Below are positions 50,854 to 61,105 of a stretch of DNA of 64,000 bases, one piece after another. The stretch is taken from positions 8,172 to 72,171 of the forward strand of contig JBKOXA010000074.1 of assembly GCA_046724685.1 (NCBI GenBank), given 5' to 3'. The stretch comes from Acidobacteriota bacterium. GTDB lineage: Bacteria; Acidobacteriota; Terriglobia; Acidiferrales; UBA7541. The first letter of the stretch is position 1. Each line of letters opens with the position of its first letter. A program made the position numbers and the translations under genes. Under the pieces are notes generated by a model. It ran no database searches. It was given only the letters and a program-made list of their open reading frames with translations, and was not told the origin of the DNA.

Positions 50854-51807
50854 TCACTCCCCGCCGTGCGGAGAATCGGGAAGCAGAAAGATTTCCGACT
50901 GACTCTTGGCTGCGAGGTTGTAGTGAACCTGATTTGAACCATCGGCAAGGGCAACGACCGCGTCCATGGACTGCTGTGCATCCTCGCTGGAGCGAACGAG
51001 AAGTCCGGTGACACGCGAGAGGTAGAGAATCGTTTCATTTTGCCCGGCGGCCGTGCCGCGAGTCCTCAAATCGCGAAGCTTGTAGTCCTCGGGCGTGGAG
51101 TTCTTGGGAGAAGACGCTTGGCGCAGGTTGGACCGCACCAGGATAACGGCGCACATTTGCCCGTCGGCAGACGGTTTAGCTCGGCTTGATGCCGACGGAT
51201 CGCTGAAGCGGCAAGGCTCATCGCGGACATATTGATACTTTTTCGTCCATGATAACCCGGCGATCGGAGACGGAGTTGCTTCCAGTTCAACGCCTTCCCA
51301 TTTTTGGCCAGTGCTGACACCGCCCTTCGGAAAGGTCATGGAAGCGGTGAATCGCCCGAGCCAATCGTTCCAGGCAAATTGTTGCGCGGGAGAGAGTTGG
51401 TCCATTCCTTTGAACCGCGATGCGGTGCCATCGGCCGCAATCGAGACTTCGACCACTTTGTCGGCCTTGGGCGCTAGAGATGATTGCGAATCCGAAGCCT
51501 GGGGTGATACGGGTGATGGATTTCGCTCTGAGTAGTAAGTTTTCAGCCGAAATCCGGAAGCATTAGCTTCCACGACTTCCACTTGCAGTAGCCCGGAACC
51601 GTTGAGGTTGCCTGTGGGCGGAAGTTGTGGAGAGGCAAGCCGGCTTTCTGTTCTCATGTTCCGCGAGCTGCGGAAGTCAATCCGGTAAAAGAAAATTTGA
51701 CCGATCCGCACGCGCGGGGCCAACTGCAGCTTTTGGGCAAAAATCGGCGTGACTGCCAGAGAAAGAATAACCGCGTATGCCGGTATGAGGCTGCGAATGC
51801 GCATCAC
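50854..51807 (-). CDS. Exported hypothetical protein (beta-rich)
   Basis: 317 aa ORF with a signal peptide (…LAVTPIFA-QK), in operon orientation, with no recognisable family. Confidence 0.65.
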   Translation of the reverse strand: MMRIRSLIPAYAVILSLAVTPIFAQKLQLAPRVRIGQIFFYRIDFRSSRNMRTESRLASPQLPPTGNLNGSGLLQVEVVEANASGFRLKTYYSERNPSPVSPQASDSQSSLAPKADKVVEVSIAADGTASRFKGMDQLSPAQQFAWNDWLGRFTASMTFPKGGVSTGQKWEGVELEATPSPIAGLSWTKKYQYVRDEPCRFSDPSASSRAKPSADGQMCAVILVRSNLRQASSPKNSTPEDYKLRDLRTRGTAAGQNETILYLSRVTGLLVRSSEDAQQSMDAVVALADGSNQVHYNLAAKSQSEIFLLPDSPHGGE

Positions 51808-51874
51808 GTCGTCCGTTCACTTCCGCCCGACGGAGCCTCGGCCGCACTTTGCTTCATATGGGAATCGCCATGTG

Positions 51875-54007
51875 TCAGTGCCCGGCTGGAGCAGCCAACG
51901 TGCGGTCAAAAAAATCGCTCGCCGCGTGATATGCCTTTAGCCAGGAGCCGTGCAGCAGAAAATCGTGGATTTCGTCGGGAAAGACGAGTTGTTCGATGTG
52001 AACGTTGCGCTCGCGGAGCCGTGCGACCAGATCTACAGTCTGCGCGAAATAAACGTTGCGATCGTCGTCGCCATGAATGAACAGCACGGGCGATTTCCAT
52101 CGGTCAACGGAAGTGACTGGAGAAGAGTCGCGCGCAAGTTTCGTCAGTTCGGGCGAAATGTTTTTTCCTTCCCAGTTGTCGGTAGGCCAATCATGGACGC
52201 CGTGCAGATCAACACCTGCCGCAAAAAGATCGGAGTTTCGAGCGAGGCCCAGTGCAGTGAGGTAACCACCGTAACTTCCGCCCCACAAACCGATGCGCGC
52301 GGGATTCACGTCGTCGCGCGACTGCAGATACTTCCCGGCGGCGACCACGTCCTGATATTCGCTGGCCCCTCGGCCGGCGCGGCCCGGAGCTTCGCGGAAA
52401 CCTCGGCCATAACCGATGCCGCTGCGGTAGTTCACGGAAAGAACCACATAGCCACGGCTCGCGAGATACTGGTTCATCCCGTAGGAATTTGAGTAGTAAT
52501 ACATGTAGTGCCAGCCGAGCAGCATCTGGCGCATCGAGCCGCCGTGAAAAAACAGAATGCCGGGCCGCTTCTCGCCGGGCCTAAGATCTTTGGGAACAAA
52601 AAGCTGGCCGTGAATGTCGAGACCGTCCGACGATTTGAAAACAACTTGTCGCGGTACAACAAGCTTGTCGGCAGGAAAATCGACAGGCCACGAATCCGTC
52701 GCGAGAGGTTGCGGCGCCCCTCGAGGATCATTGGCTCGTCTCACGAATAGCCTCGCGGCATGCTCCGCATCGGAACCGATGTATACAACGGAATCTGTGC
52801 CAGGGACAGCCGTAGCAGCCCACTCAATCCCTTGTCCGCTGCTCACTTGCTGCAGAGCTTCGCCGGATACGCTCACGCTCCATACGTGTCGTCGGTCGAT
52901 GTCGTTGCAATTCGAATTGAATAAGATGCTTTTCTTGTCGGCGCTCAATGACCATTGTTCGAACTCGCAAGGACCCGGCGTCAGAAGCTTTGGCGTTCCG
53001 CCCGCGAGCGGGAGGGAATAGAGATGCTGCCAGCCATCTTGTTCGCCTGCGAAGACGATGCGCTGGTCGGCGGTCCAATGGAATAAACCCCCACCGGTGT
53101 CGCGGGCCATGTAGGGAAATGAATCTTGAAGTTCCTTACCGCTGCGCCAGACTTCCTTCGCGTCCCATGTCGAGTCACCAGCCACCAAAATGGCCCAGGG
53201 GCGTGGGCGATCTGGCTCAATGAAGTAGCCCTCCGGAGTATCACGCGGAACTGCGGGCCGTCGAACGAAAGCAAGCTGCTTTCCATCAACGGACCATTCA
53301 GGGTTCGAATCGCTGTCCACGCTTGGCGCGACGAAGCGTACCGTCTTCGTTCCCACGTCGTAGATGCCTATGAAGCTGTGATCACCGCGTACTGAAACGA
53401 AAGCCAGCTTGCCGCCGTCGGGCGACCATCGCGGATCAGAGTTCGTTCCGCGAGCAACAAGTTGTACCGGCTTCTCCCTACCGTCCAAAGAGGCCAGCCA
53501 CAATTCACCATCACGAGAATAAACGCAAATTCCCCTGCTAGAAATTCGCGCACCGTGGCCTGTGTCAATTTTCTGCGGATTTCCCCCGCGCCACAGAATT
53601 TGAAAGACGGCTTGTTCCTGGCCGGCCGGATTGCTGGTGGGATTGGGCGACTGGCCGGCAGGATTCTTCCCTGCTCCACGCGTGTACGCAATTGTGTTGG
53701 CATCGGCTGAAAACTCGAGGGACGAAAGTTCCTGCCCATCTTCTTCCATGTAAGAGGTGAGCCGGCGGGCTTTGAAATCCGGGGCTTCGGCGACGTAGAT
53801 GTTTCGCTTGCCCTTTTCGTCCAACACCCATGCGATCCGCGGGATTGACTTCGCTGCGGTCAAATCGCTGGGGAAAGGAGCGCTCAACACTTGTTCCAGC
53901 GTGAACGATTGCTGCCCCTGACCGGACGAGGTAGGAACCGGGAGCACCACTAACAGCCCGTAGATCGATGCTATGGCAAGGGTCTTAGCGCGCGAGTGCT
54001 TTTGCAT
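51875..54007 (-). CDS. Exported S9 family (prolyl oligopeptidase/DPP-IV-like) peptidase
   Basis: Signal peptide, TolB-like propeller repeats, GLWGGSYGG nucleophile, HGDDDRNV and EIHDF. Confidence 0.92.
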   Translation of the reverse strand: MQKHSRAKTLAIASIYGLLVVLPVPTSSGQGQQSFTLEQVLSAPFPSDLTAAKSIPRIAWVLDEKGKRNIYVAEAPDFKARRLTSYMEEDGQELSSLEFSADANTIAYTRGAGKNPAGQSPNPTSNPAGQEQAVFQILWRGGNPQKIDTGHGARISSRGICVYSRDGELWLASLDGREKPVQLVARGTNSDPRWSPDGGKLAFVSVRGDHSFIGIYDVGTKTVRFVAPSVDSDSNPEWSVDGKQLAFVRRPAVPRDTPEGYFIEPDRPRPWAILVAGDSTWDAKEVWRSGKELQDSFPYMARDTGGGLFHWTADQRIVFAGEQDGWQHLYSLPLAGGTPKLLTPGPCEFEQWSLSADKKSILFNSNCNDIDRRHVWSVSVSGEALQQVSSGQGIEWAATAVPGTDSVVYIGSDAEHAARLFVRRANDPRGAPQPLATDSWPVDFPADKLVVPRQVVFKSSDGLDIHGQLFVPKDLRPGEKRPGILFFHGGSMRQMLLGWHYMYYYSNSYGMNQYLASRGYVVLSVNYRSGIGYGRGFREAPGRAGRGASEYQDVVAAGKYLQSRDDVNPARIGLWGGSYGGYLTALGLARNSDLFAAGVDLHGVHDWPTDNWEGKNISPELTKLARDSSPVTSVDRWKSPVLFIHGDDDRNVYFAQTVDLVARLRERNVHIEQLVFPDEIHDFLLHGSWLKAYHAASDFFDRTLAAPAGH

Positions 54008-54016
54008 CTTGCTCCT

Positions 54017-56659
54017 TCAATCCCCCGGCTGTTGTGCTGTGGCTCGTTCGAGGGAAACCTTTGGTTCGGCCAGCGGACCAGAAATCTGCATAAAGCGGAC
54101 AGTGTTCTCAGCTCGCGCGTCGCGGCCGGTAGCGTGGCTCTCAGCAGTGAGGTCTGTATCTTCCGAAAAGCTGACGCTGCCTTTCAGCAGAAATTCGCCA
54201 GAGGGTGAAGCCAGGCGCAAACTGTTCAAATCAAACCCGCCCTCGCTCAGGTGAAAGATTCCCGAACCGGCCGCCCAATGCGACGTGCCGGTCTTCCACT
54301 CGCCGAGCGCCATCGTTCCCGCGATGTCCCATCCGCGCAGTTCGACATTGGCCAGCCGAATTTCACCCTTGCCATCAAGACTTTCAAGGAGCGCATCGCG
54401 CCCAATCCCTGCGGCGCGAAGCTCGAGAGCGCCGGAAGCTGTGCCCGCCAGATGGTCGGACAACTGCGCGAGCCATGGCGTTTGCGCAATCGAAATTCGC
54501 TCGAACGATGCGGCAATTTCATATCGCGGCTTTGCAGAAAATACCGCTTCGAAGTCGCCTCTAACCTCGCCTCCCGACCATTGCGCCTGGATGTACCGCA
54601 AATTCAGGTTTAGCGCGTCGAGCTTCGTCTGGGCGTGAAATTGCTTCAACTTGATTTTTTCAATTGTCAGTTCATCTACGCGCAGATCTCCCGATGCGCG
54701 AATTCGTCGCAACACCACGCTCGGCGGTTCGGCATTCGCAGTTCCGCCGAGCCCCTTCGGCAGCAAGCGCTGCAGCCAGCCCGGCCGTGCGCGCGGACCG
54801 ATCCAGCGATCGAGCTCTCCCGCATCAAGATGATCCGCTTGCAATTGGAAAGTCCACGGAGCAATTTCGGCTTCGCCAAAATCAGTGGCCAGTGTTCTCG
54901 GCTGTTCCACCGACCCCGTCCAATTTGCTCCAAAAGCTCCAACTTTCGTCAGCGTGAATTTTCGTGCCGCATTGCGCCACTCGCCACGAAGGCTTTCCAG
55001 CAGAACCGGTCGGTTCAGTCCTGCAACTTGAAGCGTGGCTTGAGTGAGGTCAGCATGTCCGCTCCATGCGGGTGTGCTGTTCGGGCTCCACTCCCAATGC
55101 AAGTCGGCAGAAGCTCGGCCCTTCAGCTCCCAGCCATTTTGTAACCGACGTCCAAAAGCGGCCGTGGCAGCGAAAACGTCCTGCACGCGCGGCGACTGCC
55201 CTTCGATATGAATGCTTCCGGCTTTCGTATCGAAATCGTGAAGGAGCGAAATGCTGATCGTGGCCGCGTTCCCTTCAAGAGGGTTCGCTGGCAGAGAAGT
55301 GTCTTCCGAAATTGTGCGGGCCGAAGGAACGCTTACAAGGAAAGGCTCAACAACCAATTTTCGTTTCTGTGTGCCCCCGCGGATCGCTCGCGCTTCTACC
55401 GGTGCAGCGAAACCCGGAATCCTCCAGCGTCCGCCCGGGCTGGAAAAAGCAGCGTCGCTAAGTGCAAGAGGCCAGCCGCGAAAACTGGCGGCGCCCGTGA
55501 AATACTGTTCGCCGCGGATTTCGTCCGCGACCTCAGGGCGAAATGCGCGATACCACTCGAGTAGGTCGGCCGCTTGAACGCCCGCAGAGTCGATGCGAAC
55601 TTCCACGCCCGATTCAGCACGGCTGTTTAACGAAGCAGTCCCACGCAGATTCGAACGCGGAGTCTCTACAACAAATTCATCGGCGCTGACTGTGCCCGCG
55701 CCCGGATTCCAGCGCCCGCTTACGCGAATGCCTGCGCGGGGATTATCATTTCGCTCGCTCAAGTCCCAGCGGTGAATTTCCGAGACGCGCGCCCGCACAG
55801 AAAACTGCCAGTCGCCAGGCGCAGCATTCGTTGCGCTGATGGCTGAGGCGCCGCTTTCCATAGTGCCTTCCATGCCAAGCAGTCCGCGCACGCCGAAATC
55901 GCGTCCGCCAATCAGCCGAAAGACATCCGCCAACGAACTTTTCTCCCATCTCACTTGGAAGCGCGCCGGCTGCAAGCGCGCCGATGTGCCGGCAACATCG
56001 CCGCGAACTCTCACCGTTCCCGCGAGCTGAAGCGGAACTCCGCTTCGCCAGGGTTCCGCATTCAAGTCCAGACGCCAGCGCCCGAGTGCAGTCTGCTCCA
56101 CGCTTCCTTCCACCTGAATGAATGCAAAGGATGCTTTGTCGTCGCCAATCTTGAAATTGACGCGTCCGTCGCTGATGTCAATTTTCTGCAGGCGATATGC
56201 CGACACAACACGTCCGGCTGAGCCTGCCGACTGTGCTCCGGGCGGCGCCGTACTCGCCGTCGCAGGCAGCCAGCTTTCCAGGTTCCAACGTCCTTCCCGG
56301 TTGCGCGCGAGGATCAGGCTTGGACGCTCGAGCTGCAGCGTGCCAAGTTCGAACCGCCCGCGCATAAGTCCGATCCAGCGCAAACCCGCCGAGAGCCGGT
56401 CGGCGCGCAGAAAATATTCCTGACCAAACGAGGGGTCTTCGCCGACGCTGATCCCGTAAGCATCCAGCTGTGGGCTTGGAAAAAGAGTCGCGGAGTATTC
56501 GCGCACGTCTACAGAGCGCCCGAACGAGCTCTCAAGGCGCCGCGTCAGGAACGCATGCACGCGCGCAGCGCGTACGAGCCACGAGGCAGCCGCCTGCGCC
56601 ACAATCAGTGCCAGCAGGAGTACGAGCAGCGGCCTCCACCATTTGCGCAGCCTGTTCAC
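54017..56659 (-). CDS. AsmA family protein
   Basis: N-terminal TM anchor, ISVGEDPSFGQEYFLRADRL, LERPSLILARNREGRWNLESW, and a long beta-rich repeat body. Confidence 0.8.
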   Translation of the reverse strand: MNRLRKWWRPLLVLLLALIVAQAAASWLVRAARVHAFLTRRLESSFGRSVDVREYSATLFPSPQLDAYGISVGEDPSFGQEYFLRADRLSAGLRWIGLMRGRFELGTLQLERPSLILARNREGRWNLESWLPATASTAPPGAQSAGSAGRVVSAYRLQKIDISDGRVNFKIGDDKASFAFIQVEGSVEQTALGRWRLDLNAEPWRSGVPLQLAGTVRVRGDVAGTSARLQPARFQVRWEKSSLADVFRLIGGRDFGVRGLLGMEGTMESGASAISATNAAPGDWQFSVRARVSEIHRWDLSERNDNPRAGIRVSGRWNPGAGTVSADEFVVETPRSNLRGTASLNSRAESGVEVRIDSAGVQAADLLEWYRAFRPEVADEIRGEQYFTGAASFRGWPLALSDAAFSSPGGRWRIPGFAAPVEARAIRGGTQKRKLVVEPFLVSVPSARTISEDTSLPANPLEGNAATISISLLHDFDTKAGSIHIEGQSPRVQDVFAATAAFGRRLQNGWELKGRASADLHWEWSPNSTPAWSGHADLTQATLQVAGLNRPVLLESLRGEWRNAARKFTLTKVGAFGANWTGSVEQPRTLATDFGEAEIAPWTFQLQADHLDAGELDRWIGPRARPGWLQRLLPKGLGGTANAEPPSVVLRRIRASGDLRVDELTIEKIKLKQFHAQTKLDALNLNLRYIQAQWSGGEVRGDFEAVFSAKPRYEIAASFERISIAQTPWLAQLSDHLAGTASGALELRAAGIGRDALLESLDGKGEIRLANVELRGWDIAGTMALGEWKTGTSHWAAGSGIFHLSEGGFDLNSLRLASPSGEFLLKGSVSFSEDTDLTAESHATGRDARAENTVRFMQISGPLAEPKVSLERATAQQPGD

Positions 56660-56768
56660 TTGGATCTTACCAAAGCGGTATCCAGCCGATCGACGCCGCA
56701 GAATTTTCGCAGAGTTGGCACTAAATTGGTAGCATCGCGAAGCGCTTATCCATCCTCAAAAGTCTGGC

Positions 56769-57557
56769 CTAGTGAACAGTATGGAGCATGCGGCTCCAAC
56801 GAGTGCGGGCTGGCAGATGGGCCAGTGTGTCAAAGACACCCTTCAGACGCTGAGCGAACGTCGATTCTCCGTAATCGGCAAAGGTCGCATTTACCGACCA
56901 ATAGATCAGGAACGGCCGACCCATGATCGCTGTACGGTCCACAAATCCCCAGTATCGGCTATCGAGGCTGTGATCGCGGTTGTCGCCCATGGCAAAGTAA
57001 CGTCCCGGCGGGACGACGAGTTCATCGCCCCGCACATGCTTGCGAATTTCACGCGCCCATTCCGGTTCGACCGGTGAACTGTAGAGCGGATTGCCGGGAG
57101 GCGGAAATGCATAGTTCAGTGGGTCGTAACCGGCGGCTGGGTCGTGCACGACGTACGGTTCATTCAATGCCTTGCCGTTGATGTACACCTGCTGATCAAC
57201 GATTTTCAACCGGTCTCCCGGAAGCCCGATCACCCGCTTCACAAAATGCTGATGATCGGCGTAGGGAAACTTGAAAACGATGATGTCGCCGCGCTGGAGG
57301 ACTCGATAAGGAAGAAATTTTTCATACCAGGCGCCCGTGCCGCCAAAAACAAATTTGTTTACCAGCAAATGGTCGCCGACGAGCAACGTCTTTTCCATGG
57401 AAGGAGAAGGAATCTTAAAAGCCTGCACGATGAAACTGGTTCCAAACAGCGCAAGGATCACCGTAACGAGCAAGGATTCCAGATACTCCGGAATGGTCGT
57501 AGTTTGGCGGTGCGAGTGTTGCGCAGGCGTTTGCCCCGGTGTGTCGTGGTCCGTCAT
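56769..57557 (-). CDS. lepB: Signal peptidase I
   Basis: IPSPSMEKTLLVGDHLLVNK (Ser), FVKRVIGLPGD (Lys), MGDNRDHSLDSRYWGFV. Confidence 0.95.
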   Translation of the reverse strand: MTDHDTPGQTPAQHSHRQTTTIPEYLESLLVTVILALFGTSFIVQAFKIPSPSMEKTLLVGDHLLVNKFVFGGTGAWYEKFLPYRVLQRGDIIVFKFPYADHQHFVKRVIGLPGDRLKIVDQQVYINGKALNEPYVVHDPAAGYDPLNYAFPPPGNPLYSSPVEPEWAREIRKHVRGDELVVPPGRYFAMGDNRDHSLDSRYWGFVDRTAIMGRPFLIYWSVNATFADYGESTFAQRLKGVFDTLAHLPARTRWSRMLHTVH

Positions 57558-57563
57558 CCAGGA

Positions 57564-58304
57564 TCAATCTCTCGCAGCCGCTTGCGCCAGACGCTCGAGT
57601 GCGCCACGCGCGGCCTTTTGCTCGGCCTCTTTTTTGGTGCTTCCGCCGCCGGTCGCCAGGCATTCGCCCAGCGACCATACTTCAACATGAAACAATTTTT
57701 GGTGATCGGGACCTTCTTCGCGTGCCAAACGATACTCAGCAGGCGGGCGGCCTCGACCTTGCAAGAGCTCCTGCAAGGCTGACTTGCCATCCGAATCCGC
57801 GATGTGCGCGCCGCCGCCCTCAAGAGCAAATTCGAAAAGCACGTGCCGAAGCAGCTCCCGTGCAACTTCCAATCCCGAATCAAGAAAGATCGCGCCGACC
57901 ACTGCTTCCAGAGCGTCGGCGACGATCGCGGCCTTCTCACGTCCGCCCGTCTTTTCCTCGCCACGGCCAAGCCGCAAGAATTCGCCGATTCCGAGCCGCC
58001 GCGCTGCTTCCTCGAGAGCCTGCGCGTTTACTAAATATGCCCGGCTTCGTGACAACTGACCTTCGCTCCAGTCCGGAAACTTGCTTACCAGATACTCGCT
58101 GGCAAGAAGGTCCAGAACCGCGTCGCCCAGAAATTCCAATCTTTCATTGTCCTGGATCGACCCGGAGCTCGCGCCCGCTGATTCGGCCGCGGCGCGCAAC
58201 TCCGGAATCGCGGAGCTGTGAGTCAGTGCCGTGACAAGCAGGTGGGGCTCGCGAAAGCGGTAACCCAATCGCCCCTGAAGCTCATCATCTTGGTTTTGCG
58301 TCAT
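57564..58304 (-). CDS. rnc: Ribonuclease III
   Basis: ALTHSS, NERLEFLGDAVL, ADALEAVVGAIFLD, and a dsRBD (KSALQE...GPDH...KKEAEQKAA). Confidence 0.96.
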   Translation of the reverse strand: MTQNQDDELQGRLGYRFREPHLLVTALTHSSAIPELRAAAESAGASSGSIQDNERLEFLGDAVLDLLASEYLVSKFPDWSEGQLSRSRAYLVNAQALEEAARRLGIGEFLRLGRGEEKTGGREKAAIVADALEAVVGAIFLDSGLEVARELLRHVLFEFALEGGGAHIADSDGKSALQELLQGRGRPPAEYRLAREEGPDHQKLFHVEVWSLGECLATGGGSTKKEAEQKAARGALERLAQAAARD

Positions 58305-58326
58305 ACGCGGCCAGATGCGGATTACT

Positions 58327-59214
58327 TTACTTCGGCGCGCTCAGTTGCGTTGAACTCTGCTTCTTCGCTTCATCCGCGCCGTTCTTGCATACCGTTTGCA
58401 GCTTACCCGGGATTGCTGCACACTTCGTAAAAACGTTGGCCGCCTCATCGAAGTGCGACGTTTTCTGATTGGCCATCGCCAGCAAATACAAATTGACCGG
58501 GTCCGGCGTCGGATTTGGATCAATCTTCACGGATTGTTCAAGCTCCGGGATCGCTTCTGTATACTTTCCGCGCCGAAAATAGACCAGTCCAAGGCCGCTA
58601 TGCGCCATTGTCAGGGTTTCGTTCTTTGCCGCAACGAAATTCTGGTCGGCCATTCCCTCCGGTTTCGGAATCGTCGGCGTAATTTCAATCGCACGCTTGG
58701 CGTAGGTTTCCGCCTTGGCTAGCCGTTTTTCCGGTTCCGGAGTGCTTGCACTCATGGCGCGGGGAAGTGTCTGACTCAAAATAGCCATAGTCTGCACGTC
58801 ATCGGGCTTCAATGCGACTTCCGTCTCGCCCACTTCGAAGGCCTTTTCCGTATTGCCGCTCTGGATGTATGCGACTACAAGGGCCGAGTACACGGTCGGG
58901 CGATACTTGCTCTCTGGATATTTTTTCAGGAAATCTTCACCCGCTTCGATCTTTTTGGGAAGATCGGCGGACGGCATAGTTTGAAACGCTTTGACTGCGG
59001 CGTCCTCTTCCGCGCTCGCGGGTGGGCTGGGCACGCTGAGCGTGCTTCCGGACTCTGCAGGTTTCTGATCCTTGTTTGTGGTCGTTGGTTGCTGACCCGG
59101 CTGGTTTTGGGCTCCTTGGCCATTCTGGCTACCGCGCGCGAACGACAGGGACGCCGCCGCCAGACATCCGGCCAGCAAAACCATTGTCAGGCCGCTGTTC
59201 TTACCGCTCATCAC
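58327..59214 (-). CDS. Exported TPR protein
   Basis: Signal peptide, Q-rich linker, helical TPR-like repeats (AHSGLGLVYFRRGKYTEAIPELEQSVKIDP). Confidence 0.8.
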   Translation of the reverse strand: MMSGKNSGLTMVLLAGCLAAASLSFARGSQNGQGAQNQPGQQPTTTNKDQKPAESGSTLSVPSPPASAEEDAAVKAFQTMPSADLPKKIEAGEDFLKKYPESKYRPTVYSALVVAYIQSGNTEKAFEVGETEVALKPDDVQTMAILSQTLPRAMSASTPEPEKRLAKAETYAKRAIEITPTIPKPEGMADQNFVAAKNETLTMAHSGLGLVYFRRGKYTEAIPELEQSVKIDPNPTPDPVNLYLLAMANQKTSHFDEAANVFTKCAAIPGKLQTVCKNGADEAKKQSSTQLSAPK

Positions 59215-59318
59215 CCTTCTCCTTTGTGGCGATTGGACATTCTCTGGCTGGTGTCTACAACTTCATCATACACACTTTCGATGTGGCGGGGACACTGCCA
59301 GGCTTGAGTTCAGCCCGC

Positions 59319-60893
59319 CTACGGGTGTTCCGGGCTGCCGGCCTTGCTCATGGCGGTCAGCGCTTTCATCGCCGCCTGCTTGGCCTTTTCCGGCGCGCCT
59401 TCAACTGCCAGCGCCGCCTCGAATTCTGACTTCGCCCGATCCAGCTGACCTTCGATATCGTAAATCGTTCCAAGGTGCACATGCGACCAGGAGAGAACCA
59501 TGGGGTCTTCCATCGCAGCGTGTTCTCCGGTCGTCAAGCGTCCAAAAACGTCCTTAGCGCGCGGACCATCCTGCTCCATCATCGCCACGACCCCGAGGCC
59601 GAACCATGCTCGCGGCTGATCCGGATATTTCACCAGCACTCGCTGAAAAGAGGCCGCCGCTGCTCGAGGATTCTTCTCCGCGATGCGCCGCTCGCCTTCG
59701 GTGAGCGCGGCAATGGCCTCCGGATCGTTTGGAATGGTTGTCGGCGCGCTAGTTCTGCGGCGCGCCAATATTTCCGTTTCCGTAGCTCCCGTTTTCCCTT
59801 CCTGCGGAGCGAATTTGATGCTCGCGACTCTCTTCTGCTCCGCCCCCACGTCGACCGATCGCAGCAAATCCGGAAAATAGAGCTTCATCCCCGGCTCGGA
59901 TTGCTCAAACTTTGCGAGCGCGGTAACGAGCGGCCGAACGAGGACGTAACCGTCAGCATCGGCAATATTCATCGCTGCCTCGCGCTCGCCGGGTGACATC
60001 CGTTTCAATTTCAGCTCAACGGCGCGCACCGTGCATTCTGCAACGTACGACGGAAAATCGTCCTTCAAGTCTGGCGCAAGTCTCGGCGCGCTGGCCGCCG
60101 CTTCAAACAGTGGCCGTTTCACCGCCACTACGTGCGAATACCGGAGAGGTAAAGGGTCCAGCAGGAAATGCAGAAAAGCATGGCGCACCGTATCCAGGGG
60201 AAGCTGCCCTGCGCCGCTCACTACCAGCGAATAATGATCGCCAAAATTCCGCACGTTGGTGATCCGGCCCACCAGTGGCTCCACGACAATCGTAAACGAC
60301 CGCGGGCTTGTCGGCTCGAGGATTTCCCGCAAGTATCCCGTTGCTATGAAGACCACCTGTGACACCGAGTCGTGCATCTCCTCGATCTCGCGGCTGTAAA
60401 CTGGCTGTACTTGCTTCCAGAGTTCCCCGATTTTCTGCTCCTTGTAGTAATTCGAAAGAATTTCTTGAAACCCCTCCAGCGCAATCACGTCAGGAGGCAA
60501 TTCATCGCGTCGCAGAATCGGCTCGAACTTTGGTGCCGGGCCGCTGATCAGGCCAAACCAGATGTAGCGCGAAAGCATCTGGCCGGCGTCTGCCAGTTCG
60601 TGTTGTTTGTAGAAATTGCGCAGAGTATCGACTGCTGGCCCTTGCTGGTGCTGTAGACGTTCCCGCAACTGCGCGCGCATCGGCGACCAGTTCGCCGCGC
60701 TCACGTCCGCTTCAAAGCCAGAGGCCAGGAGCGCGCACATTGTCGTAAACATCGCCTCCGAGCCGTCCACGGTGACCGTGGTCACGGGCGCCGCTTGCAT
60801 TTTCGGGGGCGGCGGATTCTGGCTGCGGCCGGATGCCGGCAGCGCGACGGTTCCGCACAGAAGAATGGCTGATGTTAAAAGAATTTTTTTCAT
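59319..60893 (-). CDS. Exported protein with a degenerate zincin-like domain and C-terminal TPRs
   Basis: Signal peptide, HAFLH motif with a downstream ECxVRAVE, and C-terminal TPR motifs. Confidence 0.75.
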   Translation of the reverse strand: MKKILLTSAILLCGTVALPASGRSQNPPPPKMQAAPVTTVTVDGSEAMFTTMCALLASGFEADVSAANWSPMRAQLRERLQHQQGPAVDTLRNFYKQHELADAGQMLSRYIWFGLISGPAPKFEPILRRDELPPDVIALEGFQEILSNYYKEQKIGELWKQVQPVYSREIEEMHDSVSQVVFIATGYLREILEPTSPRSFTIVVEPLVGRITNVRNFGDHYSLVVSGAGQLPLDTVRHAFLHFLLDPLPLRYSHVVAVKRPLFEAAASAPRLAPDLKDDFPSYVAECTVRAVELKLKRMSPGEREAAMNIADADGYVLVRPLVTALAKFEQSEPGMKLYFPDLLRSVDVGAEQKRVASIKFAPQEGKTGATETEILARRRTSAPTTIPNDPEAIAALTEGERRIAEKNPRAAAASFQRVLVKYPDQPRAWFGLGVVAMMEQDGPRAKDVFGRLTTGEHAAMEDPMVLSWSHVHLGTIYDIEGQLDRAKSEFEAALAVEGAPEKAKQAAMKALTAMSKAGSPEHP

Positions 60894-61105
60894 TCGGTTG
60901 GTCGCAAGATTCTGCCTTTGTCATTCCCGGTTTCCGCGCGAACGGCCGGCGCGCGCCGCATTTCAATCTACAAGTGCCTCATATTCGAGTCAAGAAATGG
61001 CCCGGAGAGTTCGGCGCCCGCAGCCCTCGCCACAACCCTTGCCAAGAGGCAGCGCATCTACTTACAGTGAAGATGCTTCAGCGCCTCGGCAGGATGGCTC
61101 GACAC

